Below are positions 9,840-19,702 of a stretch of 64,000 bases of DNA, piece by piece; the first letter of the stretch is position 1, and the number at the start of each line of letters is the position of its first letter. The notes beneath the pieces are model-generated. The model searched no databases. It saw only the letters and a program-made list of their open reading frames with translations, and was not told the origin of the DNA. A program made the translations under genes and the position numbers. The DNA is from a virus (taxonomy: Duplodnaviria; Heunggongvirae; Uroviricota; Caudoviricetes), in the IMG/VR virus record IMGVR_UViG_3300021255_000128, positions 1-64,000 of that record. One strand, written 5' to 3'.

Positions 9840-10781
9840 TTGTGTAGAAAATTAGAATTACAACCAAAAGGGGGTAATTATAATACTGTAAAAGCAATTA
9901 TTGAAGAAAACGGATTAGATATTTCTCATTTTAAAGGAAAGCATTCAGTTGTAAGAAAAAAGGGCATTTCTAGAATTAATTTATCTGATGTTTTAGAGGG
10001 AAACGTTGTATATGGTAATTCTAACGCACTTAAGGAAAGATTAATTAAAACAGAAGTAAAAGAAAGAAAGTGTGAGTGCTGTGGAAATACAATGTGATTA
10101 GGTCTACCAATTCCATTAGAACTCCATCATAAAAATGGAGATCATTATGATAATCACTTACAAAATTTAGAGTTACTTTGTCCTAACTGTCATGCACTTA
10201 CAGATTCATATCGTGGTAGAAAAATAGATAAAGAACTAGAAGATATAACAGAAGATGTTCAAGAATCCATAAATAAGTTAAAGGAAAAAGAACGTATTAG
10301 AGCTGAAGAAGTTTATAAGAATCATCTAAAAAATGGTGATATTGCAAAACCAAAAGCTACAATGAAAATCAAAAAACCTAAGTATTGTGAATATTGTGGT
10401 AAAGAAATTATCGGTAGAGGATCTAAATATTGCTCACACGAATGTGCATCAAATGCTGCTAAACAAAATATTGTATATGACGCAGATACATTATTAGAAC
10501 AAAGTAAAACTGTACAATCATTAATAGCATTAGCTAAATTATACAATATTACAGATAATGCTCTTAAAAAACATCTTGTTCGATTAAATATTTATGATGA
10601 AATTCGTGCAAATTTTAAATCTAAAACGAAAACTGTTTTGCAATTTGATTCTGATAACAATTTTATAAAAGAATGGGTCTCTGCAAAAGAAGCAGCAGAA
10701 GAGTTAAATCTTCAAAAAAGTAAAATTTTAGCTACGTGCAGAGGTGAACAAAAATCATCTGGTGGATTTGTTTGAAAATAT
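9840..10781 (+). CDS. HNH homing endonuclease with in-frame TGA read as Trp
   Basis: ORFs 9840..10097 and 10362..10775 share a frame and are separated only by TGA. No other stop lies between them. Contains HHKNG...LLCPNCH (HNH), C-terminal CxxC and DNA-binding-like modules. Confidence 0.75.
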
Positions 10782-10789
10782 AAAGAATA

Positions 10790-11450
10790 ATATAATATAA
10801 ACCATTAAGAAAACTAGTAAACAAGACGGTAGCTGTAATCAAGCTTATAGTTCAAATAACAAGAGAACAAAATGTTGCTAGAATTTGAAAGTGCACAACT
10901 TAATGGTTATTTGACTTCGTAGCATAATGGATAATGCAACAGACTTCTTAAAAGGAGTGCTATAGTTGAAAGATTATAGTAGAACCTCCCTAATTCGGTG
11001 AAAGCTAAGTGAATGATGAAAGCAAGATTGTACAGCCAACTCCCAGAAATGGGGAACTATGAAGCAGTTCTTAATGTGTGTACACTCATTTATATGCCAA
11101 TACCGAGCCAATGTTATTAGCAAGGATGACATCTCGAAAGAGTTCAGAAAATAAAAGTCGGAGCTATAGACAGTGTGTAGAGACTATACAGGAGGAATCT
11201 AAGTTGAAATTATTTTATTGTAATTGCAGCCGCCTATTCAATTAGGATAAAACGGAAACGAAGAACAATAAAGTATCTTGCAAGATTTCAATATGGTTAA
11301 GATAGAGTCCAGACCACAAACAGGTATGTAGATATAGGGCTAAACTCCTTATTTGCAACTGGTAGTGAAAACTATAGTGGTAAGCTAATCTGTAGATTGC
11401 GCGTTCGAGTCGCGCCGAAGTCACTAATAACAACTAATAACAATTAATAA
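10790..11450 (+). ncRNA. group-I-intron-like ribozyme core 2 (homologous to core 1)
   Basis: CCTCC-CTAATTCGGTGAAAG (P3/P4), R-like GTGTAGAGACTATACA, P3' GGAGG, S-like TTAAGATAGAGTCC. Shares the 14-nt R segment GTAGAGACTATACA exactly with core 1. Confidence 0.5.
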
Positions 11451-11469
11451 CAACTAAAAATAAACAAAA

Positions 11470-12282
11470 ATGAATAGAGAAGAAGCAATTAAGATACTTA
11501 AATATCGACACGACATTTCGCTACCTTTCGAGAGGGAAGCCCTTGAAACCCTCATTCCTGAATTCAAGGAGAGCGAAGATGAGAGAATAAGAAAAGAACT
11601 GGTGGTTGAATTTCAATGTTGGGAAGGTATTCCAGAAACTAAAAGAAGACAATATCTTGCTTACCTCGAAAAGCAGAAAGAGCAGAAGCCCGCAGATGAG
11701 CAATTCCCTCCGCTTGAAGGATTAGATGCAATTAAGGCTAAATACTACGATGATGGCTTCAAAAACGGATTTGATGAGGGTGTAGCATCCGTAAAGCCCA
11801 CTTGGAGCGTGGAGGATGAAAGTATGCACACAAGAATTATGGGTATTCTTGGAAAATGCTTAATTGGTGAGTTACCAAAAGAATGTAAAGAGGAACTTAA
11901 CTGGTTAAGAGACCTGCCAATCCGTTTAAATCTTCAACCAAAGCAGGAATGGAACGAAGAAAAAGAAAGAGCTTATCAAAAAGAAATATCCTATTTTCCA
12001 AAGATTACAAAAAACATTCCCCAGTCTCATTGGGAGCCCAGTGAGGAAGAACTTGTTGCATTAAAGCGTGTAGGAGGTATACTTCGTGATTATGGACATT
12101 CTGAGTTAGCAAAAATGGTCTTTATGATTGAAGGGAAATTAGCAAATCTGGCTGTTCTCAATAAATCAATATGGAAATCAAGTAAGGAACAATTAGAAGC
12201 ATTGAGAATTGCTATGGATAGAAACGACAGTGTCGGTTATAATTTAAATCAACTCTACGAACAACTCAAGAAACTGATGTAA
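11470..12282 (+). CDS. hypothetical protein
   Basis: 270-aa ORF rich in charged residues. Confidence 0.55.
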   Translation: MNREEAIKILKYRHDISLPFEREALETLIPEFKESEDERIRKELVVEFQCWEGIPETKRRQYLAYLEKQKEQKPADEQFPPLEGLDAIKAKYYDDGFKNGFDEGVASVKPTWSVEDESMHTRIMGILGKCLIGELPKECKEELNWLRDLPIRLNLQPKQEWNEEKERAYQKEISYFPKITKNIPQSHWEPSEEELVALKRVGGILRDYGHSELAKMVFMIEGKLANLAVLNKSIWKSSKEQLEALRIAMDRNDSVGYNLNQLYEQLKKLM

Positions 12283-12577
12283 AACCATAGGGTGTGGAAA
12301 ATTGAGGAGGAGCAGAAAACGTCCGAGATGGCGCTCACCGTGAGTACACACCCTCTTAATTGATTTATATATGATAGTAAACATTCAAAAGATATACAGA
12401 GTTGTTTGTGACGATAACTATCAAAGGACAACTCCAGAGACTTATTGGACTAAAGACAAGCAAGAGTGCGAGTCTTATATTCAAAATAGTTATTATAAAC
12501 ATTGTTTACGTATTGAAGAAGCGGTATTAACCGACAAGGTATTACCAGTAAATGGAATACGTTAAACGAGCTTTGAT

Positions 12578-12853
12578 ATGAAATATATTGATGTAGATAA
12601 ACTGAAAGAAGTAGTTGATAGGGTTTATAATCAGTATGTATATGATTATGGTCTATCTGCTGCTGGTTCAAATATGAGGTGGATATATAATGCTATCGAC
12701 TCTCTCCAGCAAGAAATGTGGAAACCAAGCGAGGAGCAGATCACCGCAGCAAAATCAGCTTATTCTGTCTTAAAATCACACGATACCTGGGGTGAAGATG
12801 AGCATCTTCCAATACTAATGTCACTTATTAACGACCTTCAAAAACTACTTTAG
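12578..12853 (+). CDS. small protein, paralogue family B (IDSLQQE motif)
   Basis: NAIDSLQQE motif shared with 12856..13209. Confidence 0.45.
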   Translation: MKYIDVDKLKEVVDRVYNQYVYDYGLSAAGSNMRWIYNAIDSLQQEMWKPSEEQITAAKSAYSVLKSHDTWGEDEHLPILMSLINDLQKLL

Positions 12854-12855
12854 TC

Positions 12856-13209
12856 ATGATAAGATACATTCCCGCAAAAAAACTGATTGAATATATAAAA
12901 AGCCGAAGAGATGGCGCACTCGAGAGACAAAAAAATCTTGAAAGGATAGGGCAGGAGACTGTCCTAAATGAAATGATTGCAGCAGAACTTAATAGGCTCA
13001 TTTCTTTCATCGACTCTCTCCAGCAGGAGCAGCCGGAGGTGGACTTGGAAAAATTCACCGAAAAGATAAAGACTTTCCAAGGAAGATATAAGCATCCCGA
13101 AATCGTATCAATAAAAGGCGCTATGTCGTTTATGGCAAGGATGTTCTATCAGTATCCTAATGTGGCAAGGCGGTGGTACGAGCAACTACCAAAAGTAACA
13201 ATGGACTAA
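12856..13209 (+). CDS. small protein, paralogue family B
   Basis: SFIDSLQQE motif. Confidence 0.45.
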   Translation: MIRYIPAKKLIEYIKSRRDGALERQKNLERIGQETVLNEMIAAELNRLISFIDSLQQEQPEVDLEKFTEKIKTFQGRYKHPEIVSIKGAMSFMARMFYQYPNVARRWYEQLPKVTMD

Positions 13210-13231
13210 CACAAGAAATGAGGACAAGTAA

Positions 13232-13477
13232 ATGGAACAAGAAACATTATTCAATCTTCTCACGGGACAATATGGTGAAATCCTCGAAACCCATGCAATG
13301 TGGGAGTGCATTTCCGCTCTTGGTATAAAGCCGTTCAAAGATGGGAATCAGTGGTGCTTCCTTTACGGTGAGAACATTCAAGAAGGCATCTGTGGCTTTG
13401 GCGACACTATATTCAAAGCCGCATGGGATTTTTACACAAATATCAAAACGGAAGAAGCAAGGAGGGAGGACAAGTAA
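13232..13477 (+). CDS. small protein ending ..REDK (tandem EDK array, member 1)
   Basis: Preceded by GAGGACAAGTAAATG. Its own end is ...AGGGAGGACAAGTAAATG, overlapping the next start. Confidence 0.45.
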   Translation: MEQETLFNLLTGQYGEILETHAMWECISALGIKPFKDGNQWCFLYGENIQEGICGFGDTIFKAAWDFYTNIKTEEARREDK

Positions 13478-13813
13478 ATGGGAAAAAGATTGATCATAAT
13501 AATTATCGCGACAGTATTTATTGCTGCATGCATTTGTGCGAATTTCGTGAACAGAACGGAACAGCCGCACAAAGTTTTATCAATCGACAAGATTGAAGCA
13601 ACAGAAGGAAATTCGGATGGATTCAACACAAGAATATACTACCAGGTCTCTACGGATAAAGGCGCATTCCATATTAGAACAGAAGGACTAAACGCGGCAC
13701 CACAATGCGCTGGTATAAAAAAAGATTCGACCTATGTCCTTGTAACAAGAGGAATAAGTGTGCCTATTATTGGTGTTTATCCTTGTATCATAGAAATCAA
13801 AGAGGACAAGTAA
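13478..13813 (+). CDS. small secreted or membrane protein ending ..KEDK (member 2)
   Basis: N-terminal hydrophobic segment. Same 3' junction motif. Confidence 0.45.
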   Translation: MGKRLIIIIIATVFIAACICANFVNRTEQPHKVLSIDKIEATEGNSDGFNTRIYYQVSTDKGAFHIRTEGLNAAPQCAGIKKDSTYVLVTRGISVPIIGVYPCIIEIKEDK

Positions 13814-14029
13814 ATGAGTTGGTATTGGATTGTTTTATTGGTGATATTCTACATAGTGATGTGGACTATTACGTCTACTATATTTTCACGGGTGTTCGAA
13901 AATTCTGATGAGGAAAGAATGTTAGTGGGTCTATTCTGGCCTTTAGCCTTACTTATTAGTCCTATTTTTATTATATACATTATTGTTGAAAAAATTGTTG
14001 ATATATACGGATATAGGGAGGACAAGTAA
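13814..14029 (+). CDS. small membrane protein ending ..REDK (member 3)
   Basis: Two hydrophobic helices. Same junction motif. Confidence 0.45.
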   Translation: MSWYWIVLLVIFYIVMWTITSTIFSRVFENSDEERMLVGLFWPLALLISPIFIIYIIVEKIVDIYGYREDK

Positions 14030-14221
14030 ATGAATGGATGGAGATTTACAAAAGTATGGCAGGTTGACCATAAACTTGTTATTGCTGATACTGTCGATGA
14101 GGCAGTAGAATTATTCAAGGCCTATATGGGGAAAGATTATTCTGATGAGCCTTATGAGATAAGGCGTATTGGAACAAATACAGCAATGTGTGACCATAAT
14201 GCTTTAATAAATGAAGACTAA
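14030..14221 (+). CDS. small protein (member 4)
   Basis: 63-aa ORF ending in TAA. Confidence 0.4.
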   Translation: MNGWRFTKVWQVDHKLVIADTVDEAVELFKAYMGKDYSDEPYEIRRIGTNTAMCDHNALINED

Positions 14222-14223
14222 GT

Positions 14224-14397
14224 ATGGCATATTTTCCAGCACATTGTGACTATAATTGCATAGAATGTTCGCAGAACAAATGTGGATGGTGTATATTTCG
14301 TGACTGCCCAACAGGAGGTGAATCGGTAACAGTTACAACTCATCCAGCAACTATAAACCCTTACAATTATTCGACAACAATAAAAGAGGACAAATAA
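14224..14397 (+). CDS. small Cys-rich (zinc-ribbon-like) protein ending ..KEDK (member 5)
   Basis: Below the ORF-track size cutoff. CDYNCIECSQNKCGWCIFRDC. Ends GAGGACAAATAAATG. Confidence 0.4.
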   Translation: MAYFPAHCDYNCIECSQNKCGWCIFRDCPTGGESVTVTTHPATINPYNYSTTIKEDK

Positions 14398-14688
14398 ATG
14401 GAAGCGCCGGATAAGATTTATGTAGCAGAATCACTTATAAAGACACCATATGGAAATGAGTGGTCTCCTACATCTTACGTATCAAGAGAAAACACTGAAT
14501 ACATCCGCAAGGATGTGGTTGATGAAACGATCAAGACTGCTGAAGATCACGCGTATTTTGCAGGACAAGAAAAACTGCGAGAGAAACTGATGGAATGGGC
14601 AAAATCCGAAAAAGAAAAATGTTCTAGTGAAACACATCCTTATGCCATGTTTATGAATGCATTAATTAAAAAACTTAATTCGGTTTAA
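14398..14688 (+). CDS. small protein (member 6)
   Basis: 96-aa ORF. Confidence 0.45.
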   Translation: MEAPDKIYVAESLIKTPYGNEWSPTSYVSRENTEYIRKDVVDETIKTAEDHAYFAGQEKLREKLMEWAKSEKEKCSSETHPYAMFMNALIKKLNSV

Positions 14689-15253
14689 ATGATATGGTTA
14701 GTATGTGGAGTAATAATTTTAATTATTGGATTAATAATTAATTATTATCGCTGTTATATTGAAAAATAATGGAACCTTATGAAATATTAGCGCTTATTCT
14801 CGGTTTAATTGTTTGTATCGGATTAGATAGAGTTTATCGTTTATTTAAAGATATTAAAGAAAACGGAATATTAAACCAAATAGAATATACAATAACTGAT
14901 GATAATATTCAGAATATTGTTGGAATTGTATTAACAGAATTAGAAAAGAAGAAAAATGTTAACAATGCAACAGAGGAGAAGTTACAATCTCCAGATTCTT
15001 AATGCATTACATGGCATTGTAGAAACATATCCAGATCTTAGATTTGGACAGATAATAGAGTGCTTTGCTAAAGATAAAGATATTGATTTCTTTAATGAAG
15101 AACCCGATTCTATTTATACTCGAATTATAAATAAATTAAATGAAACCAGATATTAAAGATCCAGATGTCATTGGATGGCAGGTAATTAATATGATGTTTC
15201 CTCCTGATGATCAACCAAATCTTGCTGAAATTGATGATCAAGAGGAAAATAAT

Positions 15254-15328
15254 GGGAGCGTAGCGTAGTTGGTTTAGCGCATCTGACTTACATTCAGAGG
15301 GTCACGTGTTCGAATCACGTCGTTCCCA
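15254..15328 (+). tRNA. tRNA-Val (anticodon TAC)
   Basis: Acceptor GGGAGCG/CGTTCCC (one G-U), D GCGT/GCGC, anticodon stem TCTGA/TCAGA with loop CTTACAT, T ACGTG-TTCGAAT-CACGT. Confidence 0.8.
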
Positions 15329-15480
15329 CAAAATTATTTTAATCATGAAAGAAAAAATATATGCTTTAGTTGCTCAAGGAGTTTTAACTAAAGAACAAGC
15401 TGATGCTGTATGGGATGTAATATGGCATTATGACCAAGATGATGAAGAAATATTAATTTCATTATCAGAATGTATATAAT

Positions 15481-15672
15481 ATGGAAGATAAAGAATTTTC
15501 TTTTGATACTAATATTATTTTAGCATCTTTTATTATCCTATTAGTTGCAAAACTTGTAGGATGGATTAGTTGGTCTTGGTGGTGGATATTTGCTCCATTT
15601 TGGCTTCTAGCTTTAATTTCTATTATTATTGTAGTTGTTCACAAATTCATCTTTTTTATTAAAAATAAATGA
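15481..15672 (+). CDS. small Trp-rich membrane protein
   Basis: WISWSWWWIF motif. Its TGA stop overlaps the ATG of the next paralogue (ATGA). Confidence 0.45.
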   Translation: MEDKEFSFDTNIILASFIILLVAKLVGWISWSWWWIFAPFWLLALISIIIVVVHKFIFFIKNK

Positions 15673-15833
15673 ATTTTGGTTTATGTGATATATTAGTTTT
15701 AATATTTATAATATTAAGATTATGTAATATTATTGACTGGGCATGGTATTGGATAATATCTCCATATTGGATATATTATTTTTTAGTATTACTGTCTGGT
15801 GCAATTAAAGCTATCTTTGACTGGTTTAAATAA
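15669..15833 (+). CDS. small Trp-rich membrane protein (paralogue of 15481)
   Basis: WAWYWIISPYW motif. Below the track cutoff. Confidence 0.4.
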   Translation: MNFGLCDILVLIFIILRLCNIIDWAWYWIISPYWIYYFLVLLSGAIKAIFDWFK

Positions 15834-16260
15834 AATTTCCATTGTATTTTTATTAAAGTACATGTTCCAAATTGTTAAAATTATGCAATCCTACGAACGT
15901 AGAATGAAACGTGGTACTCTTGGTGCAAAGCACAAGACTACCAAAAATCGTAAAGGTCAGCAGTATCGTATGCAGCTGATTACAATGTCCAATGTAGCTT
16001 CTGATGCAAATCAGAAACTTAACAAAACTCTATTCCACTATAATCCCGATTTTTAATATGGAAAAGCTTTATGGACTTTATTGTGTGATTTCTAACAAGA
16101 CTGTTAGAAGGAACGAAAAGAAATATAAGCGTTTCAAAAAGGATGGTGTTCCTGGAACTCTTGTAAAGACCAATCGTGGTTATTTTATCGATGGAAGAGA
16201 AGTCGATAAGAAATCCGTAGATACTTTCTTTGCTTTGTATAAAGCAAAGTAAATAATATT

Positions 16261-16375
16261 TGGGCAGTCGTCTAATGGTTAGGACACGTAAGTTTAGTAA
16301 TGATTCATTACTTACAATCTCGTTAACTGTTATCCTGTGGAGATCGTGATTTAGGTTCGAATCCTAGCTGCCCGA
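16261..16375 (+). ncRNA. tRNA-like gene with oversized central region (~115 nt)
   Basis: Good acceptor (TGGGCAG/CTGCCCG), D arm (GTCT-AATGGTTA-GGAC) and T arm (TTAGG-TTCGAAT-CCTAG). Between them lie two 5-bp stems, each enclosing 18 nt (GTAAG..CTTAC and ATCTC..GAGAT), instead of a 7-nt anticodon loop. Confidence 0.4.
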
Positions 16376-16623
16376 CTAATTTTAAAACAAATAATTATGA
16401 TTATATTTATTACAATAATATTACTTTTAATAGCGTGGCTATTATTATATATCGCATTATATCCAAGAGTCGGATATACTTATAAAGATGATTATCAGAA
16501 TTTAGTTAGAATAACTAATGTAAATGGATTTATTGTTACACTTGTTTACATTTTAGATGATGGACAAGAAGTAACAAGTCCTCAAAACTGGGATCTAATT
16601 GAATTTATAAAAACTTTTAGTCT

Positions 16624-17340
16624 ATGGAAGACATATTAATATGTCCTGATGTTCATTGTCGTAACTTCTATAAGCCTGTTTTAGAAATTAAAGATAAATA
16701 TATTATATTTCTTGGAGATTATCTTGATCCTTATCCTCAGGAAGGTTTTTCTTTTGAGAATGGATTAGCTAATCTTGAAGAGATTATTGATTTTAAAAAG
16801 CAAAGTCCTGATAGAGTTACATTGTTATTAGGAAATCACGATTTTAACGCATTATGGAAAATGAACTGGGCTTCTAGGCATAACTATAAGTTTCAGAACG
16901 ATTCTCATGTACTGTTTGAAGATAATTTAGATCTATTCGAACCCTATAAAGTCATAGGAAATATTTTATTTACTCATGCTGGAGTTTCTGAAGGATGGTA
17001 CAAAGAACATAATATTAGCAATATTATTGATTTCCTTGATAATCAGTGGAATTTATTCATTAATGGACCATTAGGTCCTTTTGAAGAATCATATCTTCCA
17101 ATTTTTGATTGTGGTCGTTCTAGAGGAGGATATGCTCCTTATGGAGGTATTTTCTGGCATGATGAATATGAATCGTATTGGACCAATCCAATAGATTATA
17201 CCCAGATCTATGGACATACGCAATTAGAAAGACCTGGAAAGATTGTAAACTATGTACAAGAAGGTAAACCAATGTATTGTTGTGATTCCAGAGCTATATT
17301 TGAATATAAAAATAATCAATTAACACGATATGAAAATTAA
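16624..17340 (+). CDS. calcineurin-like metallophosphoesterase
   Basis: PDVHC, GDYLD and GNHD motifs. Confidence 0.7.
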   Translation: MEDILICPDVHCRNFYKPVLEIKDKYIIFLGDYLDPYPQEGFSFENGLANLEEIIDFKKQSPDRVTLLLGNHDFNALWKMNWASRHNYKFQNDSHVLFEDNLDLFEPYKVIGNILFTHAGVSEGWYKEHNISNIIDFLDNQWNLFINGPLGPFEESYLPIFDCGRSRGGYAPYGGIFWHDEYESYWTNPIDYTQIYGHTQLERPGKIVNYVQEGKPMYCCDSRAIFEYKNNQLTRYEN

Positions 17341-17755
17341 TTTTACAAAAGAACACCTCGCTCAACTCAAGGCAAATATTGCTGAGTTAGTTCTTAATGG
17401 AACTATTATTACGGGTCCTTATGGACAGAATTATGATATTTTTAATATCGTAAATACGCTTTCTATTGCGTCTCTTCGTACAATTTCTGGATTTCTTCAG
17501 AAGAAGAAAGCAAGTCTTTCTGCTGATGACGAATGGGTAGAAAATCCTCATAAAGCAGAAGTTGAAGAACTCACGTTTATCACTGATACAATCTCTCTTG
17601 TTATAGGCTATAAGCTTAAGAATATTGAGATTGAAGACAATCGTCGTGAGAAAGCTCGTCTTGAGAAACAGCTTAATGAGCTTAAGGAATCTCAGAAGAG
17701 TCCTGCAGAACTCATTGCTGAACTCGAGGCAAAGATCACTGCAATTGATGCATAA
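17330..17755 (+). CDS. coiled-coil protein
   Basis: C-terminal heptad-like charged repeats. Confidence 0.45.
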   Translation: MKINFTKEHLAQLKANIAELVLNGTIITGPYGQNYDIFNIVNTLSIASLRTISGFLQKKKASLSADDEWVENPHKAEVEELTFITDTISLVIGYKLKNIEIEDNRREKARLEKQLNELKESQKSPAELIAELEAKITAIDA

Positions 17756-17785
17756 TATTTATTGTAGATACATTTAATGTAACTT

Positions 17786-19606
17786 ATGGTACAAGTAGAA
17801 TTTAATAAGAAGCAAGAAAATCCTTTCTATAAGCTTCAACATTGTCTTTCTATCTTCCAAGGAACTTCAATTACTGAAGGTTTACTTGATCGAGCCTGGC
17901 TTGAGGTTAGAGATGACAAAATAAAGAAAGAGATGTTTTATTCTCTTCTGTTTTCTATTGGAGATATTACCAATCGAGAGCATAATATCTTCCATAATAA
18001 GAAGATAGATTCTGGTGGTCAGGCAAGACGTTCAGAATTCTTTACTATTATGAATTGGATGATTAAAACAGATTACGAACAATTCAAGAAATTCCTTTTT
18101 GCAGGATTGTTTGATGAATATACTTGTTTTGATCATCTTTTCAAGAATAGAGTTCAAACCGCTCCAAAGACAAATCGAATAATTGCTGTTTATTCGATGC
18201 TTTCTAACGAGAAATATCGTCATGATCTTTCTGATTATGTGGTTAGCATTGTAAATGGCAAGAATCCATTTAAGAAGCAGCTTGTTGCAAAGTTTTTGAC
18301 GCTTCCTCGATTGGGCAAAAGAAGTAATCACAAGCAAATGATGGAGCCGACATTTAAGGCAATGAAGGATAAAGCATTGTTCTTAAAGGAAGTTTCTGAT
18401 AAGCTTGGATGGGAATATATCTTTACTAACAATTTCTGCAATTTTATTGGTTATCGTCACTGGAGAAAGGATTATAATTCTGATCTCGAGTCCGTTCTTT
18501 TCTCTACTGGAAAGATTAATGACTTTGATCAGGTAAGCTTTGTAGAATGGCTTGATAAACTTCCATCTCAGGCAAGATTCCGGGTTAAGAATCGTATATT
18601 CTATTCAAAGGATGCAAATGAAAACCTTAAGTGGAAGAAATTCCAGGATTGGTATACATCTTGGGAGAAATCTAAGGAATGTGCTCAAGCTGAACAGCGA
18701 GTTCTTCAGGAGAAGGTGAGACAGGGAATTGCTTCTATTGAAGATAAGGTCCGCCTAGAACAAGTAAAGAAAGAGGCAAAGGTTAATACTGGCGCTACTA
18801 ACTTTGATTCACTTTATCAGGAAATTCTTCGCGGAAATCCTGATAAATTGAAACTAGAAGCATTTGTTCAGAATAAGGTTAATCTTCCTTTCAATTTCTT
18901 AACTATTGTTGATGAGTCTGGTTCAATGCAGGGTGCACCATTCAATTTTGCAACATTCTTGGCTTCTGTACTTTTGTATAAGAATCCCGATGATATTGCG
19001 AGGAATTTGATTGGATTATTTGCTAATGAATCTAGATTTGTTTCAGCAATTGATAAAAGAGCATCAAGTATGCCTAATTCTTTCTGGACAAGAGCTACTG
19101 TAGCAGATATAGTTCCTGAACCATTTATTGTTCCAGAGATGAGTTTCTACGACAATTATCGGAGAATTTCAACATATCTCAGAACAATTTTTAGAAGTGG
19201 TGGAACTCATATTAATTCATTAGCTACAAGACTTAAAGAAATTTACTCAAGTAATCCTGAACTTATAGATGAACTTGCTAATTATCCTGTGTGGGTAATT
19301 TGTAGTGATGGAGACTTAAATAATAGTTTCTATGCTAGAGATTCAATTCTTGAACTTCAGCACGCTTGTAAGCAATACTTAGGTTTTGTTCCTTATCTTG
19401 TGATTATTGAGATTCAAAATTGGAATAACTATAATATCAATCATTTTGCAGATCTTGATCAGGTAATGTATATTCCTGGAAAGGTTGAACTGATTGAGCA
19501 AATGTTATCTAATTTTAGAGATATTGATGTCTTTGATGTCTATACTCCACTTCTCTCAATTTACCGAAGTAATAGATACGAATTAGTTAGAAATAATGTA
19601 ATTTAA
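17786..19606 (+). CDS. large vWA-domain protein
   Basis: MIDAS-like LTIVDESGSMQG. 606 aa. Confidence 0.55.
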   Translation: MVQVEFNKKQENPFYKLQHCLSIFQGTSITEGLLDRAWLEVRDDKIKKEMFYSLLFSIGDITNREHNIFHNKKIDSGGQARRSEFFTIMNWMIKTDYEQFKKFLFAGLFDEYTCFDHLFKNRVQTAPKTNRIIAVYSMLSNEKYRHDLSDYVVSIVNGKNPFKKQLVAKFLTLPRLGKRSNHKQMMEPTFKAMKDKALFLKEVSDKLGWEYIFTNNFCNFIGYRHWRKDYNSDLESVLFSTGKINDFDQVSFVEWLDKLPSQARFRVKNRIFYSKDANENLKWKKFQDWYTSWEKSKECAQAEQRVLQEKVRQGIASIEDKVRLEQVKKEAKVNTGATNFDSLYQEILRGNPDKLKLEAFVQNKVNLPFNFLTIVDESGSMQGAPFNFATFLASVLLYKNPDDIARNLIGLFANESRFVSAIDKRASSMPNSFWTRATVADIVPEPFIVPEMSFYDNYRRISTYLRTIFRSGGTHINSLATRLKEIYSSNPELIDELANYPVWVICSDGDLNNSFYARDSILELQHACKQYLGFVPYLVIIEIQNWNNYNINHFADLDQVMYIPGKVELIEQMLSNFRDIDVFDVYTPLLSIYRSNRYELVRNNVI

Positions 19607-19702
19607 TTTGCATTATTAAAAATTAATTTTTATCTTTGCAATCTTAATCCTCTGTTGTGTGATAATAGCAGAGGGTTCCATAAGACACTTACAACGTTTT
19701 AT

